Below, in pieces: positions 24,413 to 36,296 of a stretch of DNA of 64,000 bases (within the stretch, counting starts at the first letter, position 1; the number at the start of each line of letters is the position of its first letter). The stretch is taken from assembly GCA_043228905.1 (NCBI GenBank), contig JBHGNT010000017.1:13950001-14014000 (forward strand). The letters run 5' to 3'. This DNA comes from Azolla caroliniana (Eukaryota; Plantae; Polypodiophyta). The notes beneath the pieces were generated by a model. The model did no database searches. It was not told where the DNA came from and saw nothing but the letters and a program-made list of their open reading frames with translations. The position numbers and the translations under genes are program-made.

Positions 24413-25289
24413 ATGGATCCAGGACTTAGAAGTGGGCACGCAAGTTATTCTAAAAGAAATATAAAGTACGTAGATAGGACTATGTTCGTACAGTTTAGGG
24501 TTTAGATCCTACCTAGTGTCAAAATGGGTAGTCTTTTTGCTTGACATGATGATCGTGTCGGTTCGGGGATGTGTGAGGTATCTTGGGAGTCCTCGCGTCT
24601 GTGCTTTCACACTCTGGAGAGTGGTTATGCTCAAATGCGAGGAAAGAAAAAGAGAGGTCGGTTCTATTTATGGGGGGGGAAGGGACCATAGTTTAAAAAC
24701 TAACCACAGTTAGAATTAAATGCCATATAGTGCCTTTAGTTAATTTTATTTGAATTTGTATTTATTATTATCATAACATAATGATTATCTTTATACTTTA
24801 TGTGTAATATGTTCATTATGATCTAGTAGTTATGATTTCATACTTATTATGATTTAATACATGTGCAAGGTTACTCCAATGATTGAGTATACTTATCTAC
24901 ATTTATGGTAGTCTAATGATTTTGATGTGCAATAAAGTAAGAAATTATTTATAGAAATTGAGAACATTCACTAATTGGGTGAGGATAGTGGTATTGTGCA
25001 ATTATGTCACAAGGACACGTGATCAATGAATAGGAAGTTACATAAATGTTTTTTTAAAACCTACTTAAGGCACGTGACCATATAAGGGGGACAAGTATAT
25101 ATAACTACGCATAAGTTTAATTATGATTTATATTTTTAATATTTAACCTCTTTTAAATTTTTATTTATAACTAAAAAAATATATACAAAATACATATATA
25201 GTTCCTTAGAATTCTATTTGTAGTTTAAGCATGTCTTACAATTTGTATGCTTAGGGAGTGAAATATAAAGGATATTAGAACCTCAAACA

Positions 25290-26587
25290 ATGGGAACTAA
25301 TTCACCCTTTTCTGTTGAGGAATATCAACTGTCATCGGATTCCTCACCTTCTTTGGGGTTTTCAGTAGAAGAATACCATTGGTCTCAAGATTCTAATTTC
25401 TCCGTTGAGGAGTATATAATCTTCGACAGTCCAATCAATACGCCAAGATGCTATGAATTCTCAATTGAAGAGTATGACCCATACGCGGACTCAGGTGAGA
25501 ATGTAGGTGATTGTCAAAGTTCCGAAAGTATTTCTACCCAACAACAGAGAGCAAATGTGCGCCAAGAGGAGGACACACCAATATCAGCTAAGGATGACAA
25601 TAAGTCAGTGAGCCCCCTATTTTTCAAAAGGGTCTCAAGACGTATTAGTCGAGAAGTTTATGATTCCTATAGATCGGAAATGTCAACTTGTGGCGACAAG
25701 TATGTCACCTATAGTCAGTTCACAAAGGTTGTGGACATTGCACTTTAGTAATCTTATTATACCTCGTAAAGTATGTATGGGGTATTGTTCAGTATGTGCA
25801 AACCTGAAGAGTGTGTGTAAAGGGGCAAAGACAGTGATAGAGAAGGAGCTAAATAAGAAATTGTTACAAGATCACCGAGACGCCCAAGCATTAGAGCGAA
25901 AAAGAGCTATGCACCATAGGGAAAAGTCGATAAACAATCCAGCTAACTACATGTGTTTAATGATAGATGGAATGGACCAAAAGAAGACGTGTCTACCTCA
26001 TCTTAAACATCTTCCTAAAGATGTCAAAAATGATTGTCTCGTGCAGATGCACTTGGTGGGTTGTTTAGCCTATAATGGAAGTGTGAAGCCTCATGTCTTC
26101 GTCACCTACCCAAATGTCCACAATGACCCTAATTTAACAGTCACTATGATTCAAAAAGTATTGATGTCTTGGGGGCAGTCTTTGCCGCCGGTTTTATATA
26201 TTCAACTAGACAATACTGCTCGGGAAAACAAAAATTCTACGGTGTTTGGTTATCTAAGTATGATGATGAACCAATGAATTTTTAGGAAAGTGAAAGTTAA
26301 CTTTCTATTGGTTGGTCACACACATGACCATATCGATCAGATGTTTTGTAACTTCTTTAGGCAGTTATCACGATATGATGCTTTTACGTTACCTAAGTTG
26401 TTCGACATCATTCGTGATGCATATACACCACGCCCAATCATGGAACACTTGAAGGAAATATATGATTTCAAGAGATACAAATTAGATGGTGGTGAGCGAA
26501 ATGCCAAAGTGTTAGCGCCATTAAATAATATAAGTTTCAACCACGTATTCTTAATAAATAAAAATGATCATAGTGGTTGTACATTAC
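25290..26587 (+). pseudogene. Sola1-like DDD transposase, frameshifted and cut by a Copia insertion
   Basis: CSVC, then MIDGMDQKKT, LYIQLDNTARENKN and FLLVGHTHDHIDQMF; frameshift near 25725, stop at 26275; LTR inserted at 26588. Confidence 0.7.
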
Positions 26588-29160
26588 TGTTGAGAGATCA
26601 AGCTCAACTTAGTTGAGTTAGTTAGTCAACACATGTAACTTAGTAGTGACCTAGATAGAATCTAGTTAGTGTACAGTTGACCATAAAGCCTTAAATAGGA
26701 TTTTGTACTTGAGTGGGATACATTGTACATCCACCACTCCATGCTTATTTAATATAGGACTTACACGTTGTACCTATATTCTCCTAGCACATGTACACCC
26801 TTGCACATGAAACCTATATATACCTCATTGAAGGTATTTTTGTATTTGATGATGTTTTATAATATACACTCTAGTTTACTCATCCCCCATCTTGTGTTAT
26901 TCATAAGTCTCTCTCTCTCTTCCTCTCACACACATACACAACCATATCACATAATCTTTCCCTTAACTTAATCACATAATTAGGTAATAATTATTCCTTA
27001 ATCAATTACCTAATCCTTAACATGGTATCAGAGCATGTGGTTTAACATATCCACTAAGCCCACCCGACTCTTTGTGATTGTGTGTTTGAAATGCCGATGA
27101 CAAATTCCGGCCACCCGCTACCGTAGTGCCACCACGTAGCACATCTATGATTTGATCCACTACGGACGGCAATCTTGGCGAGAGAAAACCCTCCTTCGTT
27201 CTTCAACCTCCAATCGATGTTATTGGTCAAAGAAAACCACGCTCGAACCAAAAGCAAGGCACCGGAAGGACAAATGTTCTTCTCAAATTCGGATGGTGGT
27301 CGGGGAAGAGGTCGTGGCGGTAGAAGAGAAAGCCATCGAGGAACCTTCGAAAGAAGGGGGAGCTTCCAAGCCGAACAAGGTTGGCAAACGAGGCCAACAA
27401 CTTGCAATTATTGCGGCAAAATCAGCCACTATGAGGCAGAGTGTCGGTAGAAAAGAAGCGAGTTGGCGTCGACAAACCGACAACTCACAAACTACGCCAA
27501 CAACTCCGAATACGAGGATTACGGCGGACTATTCGTAATGCGGCATAGAGCGAACTCTATGACGGCCTTTGACTCCGCAAGCATCTCCAATCCGGAAAAC
27601 GTGTGGTTCGTAGATTCCGGCGCCTCACATCACATGACATCCCACGAAGAGTGGTTTCGTGATCTACGAACTCCAGATCGACCCGGCTTCATAGAGAAGG
27701 GAGACAACACCACGCATCCCATTCGGCACATCGGCAATGTCCCATTCGCGAAAGAGGGCGAGCAAACTTGCATCAAGAATGTCTTGCACGTGCCCACAAT
27801 AACAAAGAATTTGGTGTCGGTCGGCCAAATCGTGGAGCAAGGCATGCAAGTCCGCTTCAACAAAGAAGGATGCTTCATCGAGAAAGATGGTCGAGTCGTA
27901 GCTAAGGGTGGGCAGAGAGAAGGCCGAATGTTCATCCTCAATTCGAACGAGGTGAAATCGGCAATGTACGCTAAAGGTCTCAAAAACGAGACGAACATCG
28001 AGTTGTGGCACAAAAGAATCGGCCACATCAACCTCCAATGGCTCCGAGCTATGAAAACAAAGGGAGTCTTCATTGGACTTCTGACATTCGAGTCGAAACG
28101 AGTCAACCGAGTATGTGAAGCGTGTCAACTCGGCAAACAACATCGACTCCCATTCCCGAAGGAGAGCCATGAGAGCAAAGGCCTCCTCGATGTCGTACAC
28201 TCGGATGTATGGGGACCGACTCAAACATCAACGATCGGCGGATGCCGATACTACATAACCTTCATCGACCACTACTTGCGCTACACGTGGATCTATCCGA
28301 TGAAGAAGAAAAGTGAAGTGCTCTCCCACTTCCAAAAGCTCAAGGGGCAAGTCGAAAAAGAAACCGGTCGGCACATTCGATGCCTACGATCGAATGGAGA
28401 AAAGGAGTACTTCTCCGATGAATTTACCTCCTACCTCCAAAGTGCAGGCATTCGTAGAGAATTCTCGTGCCGACCTACACCCCAACAAAATGGAGTTGCC
28501 GAAAGGAAGAATCGGCAAATACTTGAGGTAGCATGCGATAAGATGTATGAGAAGCACATGCCGAATTTCTATTGGGCTGAAGCGGCATCCACGACCGTCT
28601 ATCTCATGAACCGGTGCACCACCAATGGAGTCCATGAGCTAACTCCACACGAGCTCCTCGTCAGAAGGAAGCAGATCCTATCGCACCTGAAGGTGTTCGG
28701 AAGCATTGCGAATGTACGCATCCCGAACGAACAACGACAAAAGCCTAACGCGAAGTCAGAGGAATGCATCCTCATAGGATACTCATCCGAGAAGAAGGCA
28801 TACAAGTGCTACAACCCTTCTACCTGAGCGGTTCGGGTAAGTCGAGACGTAGTCTTCGACGAGTCCGCATCCTGGTACGCACCAAAGACAACTTCGACTC
28901 CGACTACGCTCGACCCGGAATCCGCCGAACAAGAGGTAGAAGATGGAGATTGCTTCGAACACATGTTCGAAGAAAGTCCGATTACGGCAAAGCCTAGTGG
29001 GCCACAAGAGCCCCCACGCGACCCAAGCACGTCGCGGCCAAGTACAACTTGGACAAAGGCAAAGGTAGGATGTCCGAATACGAAGTCGACCACCCCGAAG
29101 ACAATGATTCGGATGGATCGGCTCCATCACTAGACAGTGAGTTTGGTGTACCCATCATAC
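26588..29160 (+). mobile_element. Copia element 5' part: LTR, PBS, deleted gag, protease, integrase
   Basis: LTR 26588-27022 (TG...CA); PBS TGGTATCAGAGC 27023-27034; WFVDSGASHH, LWHKRIGH, CEAC, HSDVWGP, TPQQNGVAERKNR. Confidence 0.93.
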
Positions 29161-30258
29161 CTCGATAATCCACAACCAAACAAATTGAGTCGTCCTTTTT
29201 CTTCACGGAAAAGATAGGAGCACTAGCTGGAGACTTTGAATGTCGAATAAATCCACTTGCAAGATTCTCGTCAATGTATGCTCGAAGAACCTCAAGCTCT
29301 GTTGGTGACAGATTGTAGATCGGACCCCATGGTGGCTCTTTTTCTGGTTGTAGATCAATGGGACAATCGTATGGCTGATGCTTTGGAAGTACACTAGCTT
29401 TGACTTTGTCGAAGACATCAACATATTCTTGGTACTTTTTAGGAATGTAGACCTCTGACTTCCCTTGAGTGTCACTAGAAGGTGCAACTGATATGGCAAA
29501 TAAGAATAAATCTTCTTTTGCTCCTTCTTGGCATAATTATTCTAGGGTGATGATTGAAATTTGATGAAGAGGAACAACATGTTTGGTAGAGGGTGAATTG
29601 GTAACCCTATGTTTTTCAAGGGGAGGATCCTGGGTTCGACCCTTGACTACTATGTTTCCTTTTGAAGGGCACCTAATTTCTCGTCGTCTCCAATCAATTC
29701 TTGGGTTGTGTAGCTCGAACCATGGCAAACCAAGGACTATTGGATGCTCAGGGATACGGATTATGTTAAAGGAGACCACACATCCTAAATCACCTAAGAG
29801 TATGTGTATCGGCTCAGACTCCTCTAATATCTTTCCAGAAGCTCTCATCGCCTATCTTGTATCCATTCTTATTCTACTTTAATACATTCATTCTTCTCTT
29901 ATCATTTCATTCCTCTTCTTGTGATCTCTTTATATCTTTCTTCTATCACTTTACCTTCTCTCTTGGTTCTAACAGTTTGAGAAGAATTGGTTTGAGAAGA
30001 ATTGTATGTCCATATTTAGAATAACCTAGTGATTTCTATAATGTTCTAGTATGTTCTAGACCTAGAATATTCTAAGATGTTCTAGGATATTCTAGAATGT
30101 TCTAGGATGTTCTAGAACATTTACAATATCAGTCTATTACAAGAAGTAGCTTTTATTATTTCATATAATCATCTTAATGGTTAGATTCTTGATTATGTAT
30201 TACAAGGTTTTGGGTTCAAGCCCAAGTGAAGCCACATAATGTTCACGGATTCATGACA
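29161..30258 (-). mobile_element. Gypsy (same lineage as 10360) protease/RT fragment with a rearranged LTR
   Basis: HPIVLGLPWFELHNPRIDW and FVKKKDDSICLVVDYRG on minus; LTR outer end TGTCATG at 30258. Confidence 0.82.
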
Positions 30259-33157
30259 GTGGGTCTCACCACTGAAGATGAAGGACAAGGTACTATCCTT
30301 CCTCAAGGAATTCCACGCGAGGGTGGAAAGGGAAACCAGTCGGGAGCTGAAGGTGGTTCAAGCGGACAACGAAGGAGAATACCGGGGGCAGTTCGAAGAG
30401 TACCACTAGTCGAAGGGAATCCGGCTCGAATTCCGGAGCATGCTAGCACATGCGAAACTGCCCAAGACGTTTTGGGTTGGGGTGCTAATGACAATGACGT
30501 ACATGATAAACAAATCACCCTCAGTGCCCTTCGAAGGAGAGTCGCCGCAGAAAGTATGGACCGGTAAAGATGTGTCTTACCGGCATCTAAAGGTGTTCAA
30601 TTGTCTCGCTTACATGCATGTTGCAAAGGACAAGAGAGCTAAATTGGATCCGAAGTCCTGGCCATGCATATTCCTTGGATACAGTGATGATGAGTTTGGG
30701 TACCGTGTGTGGGACTTGGTCGACAAGAAGGTCTTCCGGAGTCGAGACATAGTCTTCATGGAAAACAAGGCTATTATCGGCAGGGAGTTGGAGAAGAAGA
30801 TAGCGGACTCCGGGTCAACCGACAGAGATCGGTCGAAAGACACAAGGACCCATCTGACCGGAAGCCGGATAACACTCGAAGAACCGGCCGGATTCAGACA
30901 AGAAATCGAATCGACCGAAGAAGAAGAAGAATTGGATACCGGAACCGGACAAGACCTCGAATCGGATTTGGATGAAGAACAAATGGTGGAACTGGTGACC
31001 GAAGACCAAGGAAGAAGATATTCTCTCAGGGAGAGAAGAGCCCCCCGAAGATTTCCGGATGCAGAGCATGTGTTGCTGACCGACGAGGGGGTGTCGGAAA
31101 GCTTCGAGGAAGCGAAGAAAGACACCCAAAGCCACAAGTGGTTAAGTGCCATGCAGGACGAGATGGATTCCCTACATGAGAACCACACATATAAATTGAT
31201 GGAGTTGTCGAAAGGAAAGAGAGCGCTCCGGAACAAGTGGGTGTACAAGCTGAAACCAGGAGATGCCAGAAATCCACCAAAGTACAAAGCCCGCATTCTG
31301 GTGAAAGGCTTCTAGTAGAAGAAATGAGTGGATTTCTATCAGATCTTCACCCTGGTAGTAAAGATGACATCCATCCAGACTGTGTTGAGCATAGCAGCAA
31401 GCATGGACCTCGAGGTAGAGCAACTAGACGTCAAGATGACGTTCCTACATGGCGACCTCGAAGAAGAGATCTACATGCAATAGCCGGAGGGATTTGTCAA
31501 GAAAGGGAAGGAGCGCTTGGTGTGCCGGTTGAAGAAGAGCTTATACGGACTAAAGCAAGCTCCCAAGCAATCGTATCGGAAGTTCAACTCCTTCATGACC
31601 GACCAAGGATACCACAAGACGCGGACCGACCACTGTATATTTGTGAAGAATTTTGACGGGGGAGACTTCCTAATACTCCTGCTATATGTGGATGACATGT
31701 TGCTAGACGTCAAGATGGCGTTCCTACATGGAGACCTCGAAGAAGAGATCTACATGCAATAGCCGGGGGGATTTGTCAAGAAAGGGAAGGAGCGCCTGGT
31801 GTGTCGGTTGAAGAACAACTTATACGGACTGAAGCAAGCTCCTCGGCAATGGTATTGGAAGTTCAACTCCTTCATGACCGACCAAGGATACCACAAGACA
31901 CGGGCCGACCACTGTGTATTTGTGAAGAATTTTGACAGAGGAGACTTCCTAATACTCCTGCTATATGTGGATGACATGTTGATCGTCGAACTGGACCGAA
32001 CCAAAATTGGGAATCTGAAGAAGGCCTTGAACCAGACCTTCTCAATGAAAGATTTGGGTCCGGCAAGACAAATACTAGGGATGCACATAATCCAGGATCG
32101 GACGAAGAAACAGTTGTGGCTATCACAAGAGAAGTGTGTAACAAAGGTACTTCAAAGGTTCAACATGTCAGATGCTAAGCTAGTCGGGTTGACACTCCCG
32201 GAAAATTGCAAGCTATCCGAAAAGCAAAGTCCGAAGACAAAGGTAGAGAAGTCGGAAATGATGAAGATACCATATGCGTCTGCCGTCGGAAGCTTGATGT
32301 ACGTAATGGTGTGTACCCGGTCGAATATCGGATATGCTGTCGGAGTGGTCAGCCGGTTCATGAGCAATCTGGGAAGAGAACATTACACCGCGGTCAAGGG
32401 GATACTCCAGTACTTGAAAGGCAGCTTGAGTATCTACCTCTGATTCGGCTCCAGAAAACCCCAACTTGAAGAATTCACGGATTTAGATATGTCAGTTGAT
32501 GCGGATACCAACCGATCAACTTCCAGATATGTTATGACATATGCAAGGGGAGTCGTATCGTGACAATCGAGGCTGCAAAAGTCCGTTGCACTATCGACAA
32601 CGGAAGAGGAGTACATGGCAGCCGAAGAAGCCGGTAAAGAGGTAATCTGGATGAAGGACTTCATCGGAGAGCTAGGGATCCGGCAAGAGGAATTCCGGCT
32701 CTACTGCGACATTCAAAGTGCTATCCACCTTGCGAAGAACATGGCCTACCATTCCTAAACCAAGCACATCCAGAGAAGATATCACTGGCTCTGGGAGAAG
32801 GTAGCAAATAAAGAGTTCGTGCTGACAAAGATCCACACAGAGGAAAACAGGTAGGACATGCTAACCAAGGTGTTGTCGACCGATAACCTAGACGCGTGCA
32901 GGAGACGGATCGTATTGGCAAGACATCCCATGCAGGAGTGAAGGGGGAGCTTGTTAGGAATTCGGTCCCTCTAGATGGGATCCGGATCGGATGGATCCGG
33001 TGTGGACTGGATCCAGGGCCATATCTATAAATATGTTTCTGATGTACCTATCATGGCTATATTCGTAAAGTATAGCCCTAAAGTCATATAAGTATAAATA
33101 TGACTTAGGGCAATCATGTTATATGACTTTTGTAGTTGTAATTATTGTTATATAGAG

Positions 33158-33192
<35 letters not shown>

Positions 33193-33450
33193 CAAAAATC
33201 ATTTATGTTGGAACCGCCGGTTGGCAAAGGTATAGAGCTCGCGGTCATTGCCTCTGAGTCTCTTGTTATAGCCTTTTCTTCTCATAGTGATAGTTGGAGT
33301 CTGTGGGCTCCCGTGGTTTTTCCCTATTAGGGTTTTCCACGTAAACATCATGTGTCCTCTCCATTGTATATGTAAGTGTATTAATCTCCATTTCTGTTTT
33401 TGTTCTTCCATTGAGTTTAAGACTCGGTTGTTGTCGAGTGCTATTCCACA
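30259..33450 (+). mobile_element. Copia (Tnt1/Tork-like) integrase-RT-RNase H and 3' LTR, with a 279-bp internal tandem duplication
   Basis: KLDPKSWPCIFLGYS, WLSAMQDEMDSL, LYGLKQAP, LLYVDDML twice; PPT gaagggggag; LTR from TGTTAGG at 32952 to ~33450 containing (GA)n. Confidence 0.92.
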
Positions 33451-33825
33451 CATCTCTCAGGTCATATGATTCAATATGAATGACACTCAGAACAACACAA
33501 TAAACATGAAACATAGAGTACCCTAAAATTATATAAGAAATCATATGCTTGGAGATCAATACTTTTTACAATGCTCTATACCCCTTTTTATAGGTGGTAC
33601 AAAAGTTCTCTTCAAAACTGTGTTTCGCCAAGAAACTATCTTTCTCCAGGAAACCTTAAAACAACAATTCTAACTACCTACATGGGATTTTACGACTATT
33701 CTATTTTTTACTATTACCTTTCTTAGTCTTTCGACTTAAACTTTCACACCTATCCTAGTTTCTACTCATCAGTCAATCGACTATGCTTATGATTATTACT
33801 TTAGAGTTTTATACTCGGGTCAACT

Positions 33826-34470
33826 TGTCCTAGAAACATGGGGAAATAATTTTGATGACAATGACCAACGACCCTTGTCACCACCACCGTCTCCCCCTCC
33901 TATTGGCCACTAGTTCTGTGACCAGACAACCACAAGCTCGTAGAGGCTAGGATGCTTGTGCAAAATAATAATATAATAAGTGTAAAATAAATAAATAAAT
34001 AATATTAGTTATTAGTTAATAGTTTCTTAGGAAGACGGTTTCCTTCATGAAACTGCCTCGGTGGTGGTCTTATAAAGCAACCACCAACATTGTAATCATC
34101 AGGGCGGCATTATAACATAATACATGGTATTATGTTATAACTCTCTCTCTCTCTCTCTCTCTCCTTTTCTTTCTATCTTGTTCTCTCTTTTCTTTTCCTA
34201 CATGGTATGAGAACCAACAACCTATAACCTATAGCCTATGCCTTTCTAAAATCTCAAAACCTATGCCCTTATCATAATTTAACTTTTATGCCCATACAAA
34301 AATAATCATATTCGTAGTTGTGTTTGTCGAGCGCTGATATGGAAAACCCTCTACAATAATGGCACAATCCATGTTGTCTTCACAATTCAACATGCGAATA
34401 TGGACGGCAAGGTTGGAATTGCTTTTTAAATATAATAAACCATGGGATATAACTTTAGGAACGTTGTCAT
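33826..34470 (+). mobile_element. Relic Copia 5' end (LTR end, degenerate PBS, gag start)
   Basis: ...ttcctaca then TGGTATGAGA at 34203; gag-like RIWTARLELLFKYNKPWDI. Confidence 0.5.
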
Positions 34471-34910
34471 GAAGTTGAGTCTTTACGATATCAAAACAAT
34501 GTTAATTTAGAAGTACATTTTTCAGCTAAATCTTGGGACGAGGAGCATGTAGGATTTTTCGATTTGTGAATCGGAGTTCAAAAGCCCAAGATACATCCTC
34601 CAAAAGGATCAATGTTACCTTTAAGATCACTCGGGACACAAATGTAATTGTATCAAAAGGGGCAGTTCGAAATTACATGAGGGTGATTTTGTAATTTCTC
34701 AAATGTACAATTACAAAATAGAATTTACAAAAATTATAATAAATTTATTTATTTATTTTTAAAATAAAATATAAATATTTTAAATAAATAATGCAACTGC
34801 CCCTACATGAGGGGGTTTACAAACCGCCTCAAAGAGGGTGGCAGGGCGGTTGAACCCCCAAAGGTGAAGGATGCACTCAAGAAGTTGACAATCTGAGCAA
34901 CAGAAGCTAA

Positions 34911-34991
34911 GAAAAGAAAGCCAAGTTGGTCTCGGGTGCTAGATTACGGTTTTGATCCAAAAGAGCATGGGTTCAAATCCCACTCTCATCA
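34911..34991 (+). pseudogene. tRNA-Leu(AAG)-derived pseudogene
   Basis: gccaagttggtct..agattacggtt..atgggttcaaatcccactctcatca; degenerate 5' end and anticodon. Confidence 0.75.
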
Positions 34992-35109
34992 TAATTCAAT
35001 TAAAATTGATACATGTAATGTTTGTTATCTAAATGAGTACTTCAGAGTGTAAACTTGGAAGTTTATGCCCCTATCTTATTTGAGAATGAAACAATTTGAG
35101 ATTTAGATA

Positions 35110-35190
35110 GACGATGTGACCGAGTTTGTCTAAGGCGCCAGATTAAGGTTCTAGTTCGAAAGGGCGTGGGTTTAAATCCCACTCTCATCA
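35110..35190 (+). tRNA. tRNA-Leu(AAG), best-preserved copy but probably a pseudogene
   Basis: 81 nt close to plant cytosolic tRNA-Leu(AAG): ccgagtttgtctaaggcgccagattAAGgttctagttcgaaagggcgtgggtttaaatcccactctcatca; acceptor-stem mismatches and T-loop TTT instead of TTC. Confidence 0.75.
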
Positions 35191-35522
35191 TAGTTCATGT
35201 GGTTTCAATTCCCACTCTCTTCATAATGCAATTTAAATTAATTACAAAATGGTTGTTATCTTAATAAGTACTTCAAGGTGTAAACTTGGAATTGCTCAAT
35301 GTTTTTATATCTTATTTTCGAATCAAATGAGATATAGTCAAATTAGTATCATGAGCCATATAAAGGTTCTTGTTTGAGATGGTCCATGGACTAAGGTTAT
35401 GGTTTAAGGAATCAGGGTGACAATCAAAATGTGTAAAACTATGAATGATTCAAACTAATCATGTTTTCTTCATGATTGAGCTGAAAGCATTTTAAGTGCG
35501 ATGAGCTGGTTTACTAGAACCA

Positions 35523-35603
35523 TAATGAAAGTGGGATTTCAACCCATGCCCTTTCAGTTAAGAGCCTTTATTTGGTGCCTTAGACCAACTCAACCATCTC
35601 ATC
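35523..35603 (-). pseudogene. tRNA-Leu-derived pseudogene, inverted copy
   Basis: Reverse complement gatgagatggttgagttggtctaaggcacc...gggttgaaatcccactttcatta. Confidence 0.75.
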
Positions 35604-35843
35604 ACACCAAAGAGGGCAAAGAAGATGAGCATTTTAACAGTGATCATTTCAAACCTAACTATGATCATTACAAAGCTAACTATTTAAAGGCATCGACATA
35701 AGGATGGGTTCTAGAGGCACTTTCACCATGCGTGACATAAATTCTTATAAAGTGTGTTCACTACGTCATGTGGTCGTGCACAATTGTATATGATTCCAAC
35801 TGTATTCAAAATCATAAGGATATAGCATTAAAACACCAACCTA

Positions 35844-35924
35844 GATGAGATGGTTGAGTTTGACTAATGTGCCAAATTAAGGTTCTTGTCCGCAACGGTG
35901 TAGGCTCAAATCTCATTCACATCA
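35844..35924 (+). pseudogene. tRNA-Leu-derived pseudogene
   Basis: gatgagatggttgagtttgactaatgtgccaaattaaggttcttgtccg...ggctcaaatctcattcacatca. Confidence 0.72.
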
Positions 35925-36296
35925 TGGTTCAATTAAAATTAATTACAACATGTTAGTTATCTAAATAAGTATTTGAGGGTGTAAACTTAGAGTTGCTTGA
36001 ACTATTCATCTCTCACTCACATCATGGTTTAAGTAAAATTAATTACAACATGTTAGTTATCTAAATAAGTACTCAAGTCTGTATTCTTAGGTTTGTTTGG
36101 TCCATTCATACCTTATTATCGAATTAAATGAGATGGTGTAATTAGTATCATGAACCCGATGAAGGTTCTCCTTTGAGAGGGACTGCATTTATGGTTTAAG
36201 GAAAATGAAGATGAAACCTAAAGTTGTAAAACTATGAACAATTCAACCAATCTTTTTTTTTTGTGACTAAGGTTTAAAAACACCTTAAGTATATTG

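Noticed and set aside
35110-35190. Fully functional tRNA gene
   Set aside because: Acceptor stem mispaired, B-box C mutated, no oligo-T terminator immediately downstream.
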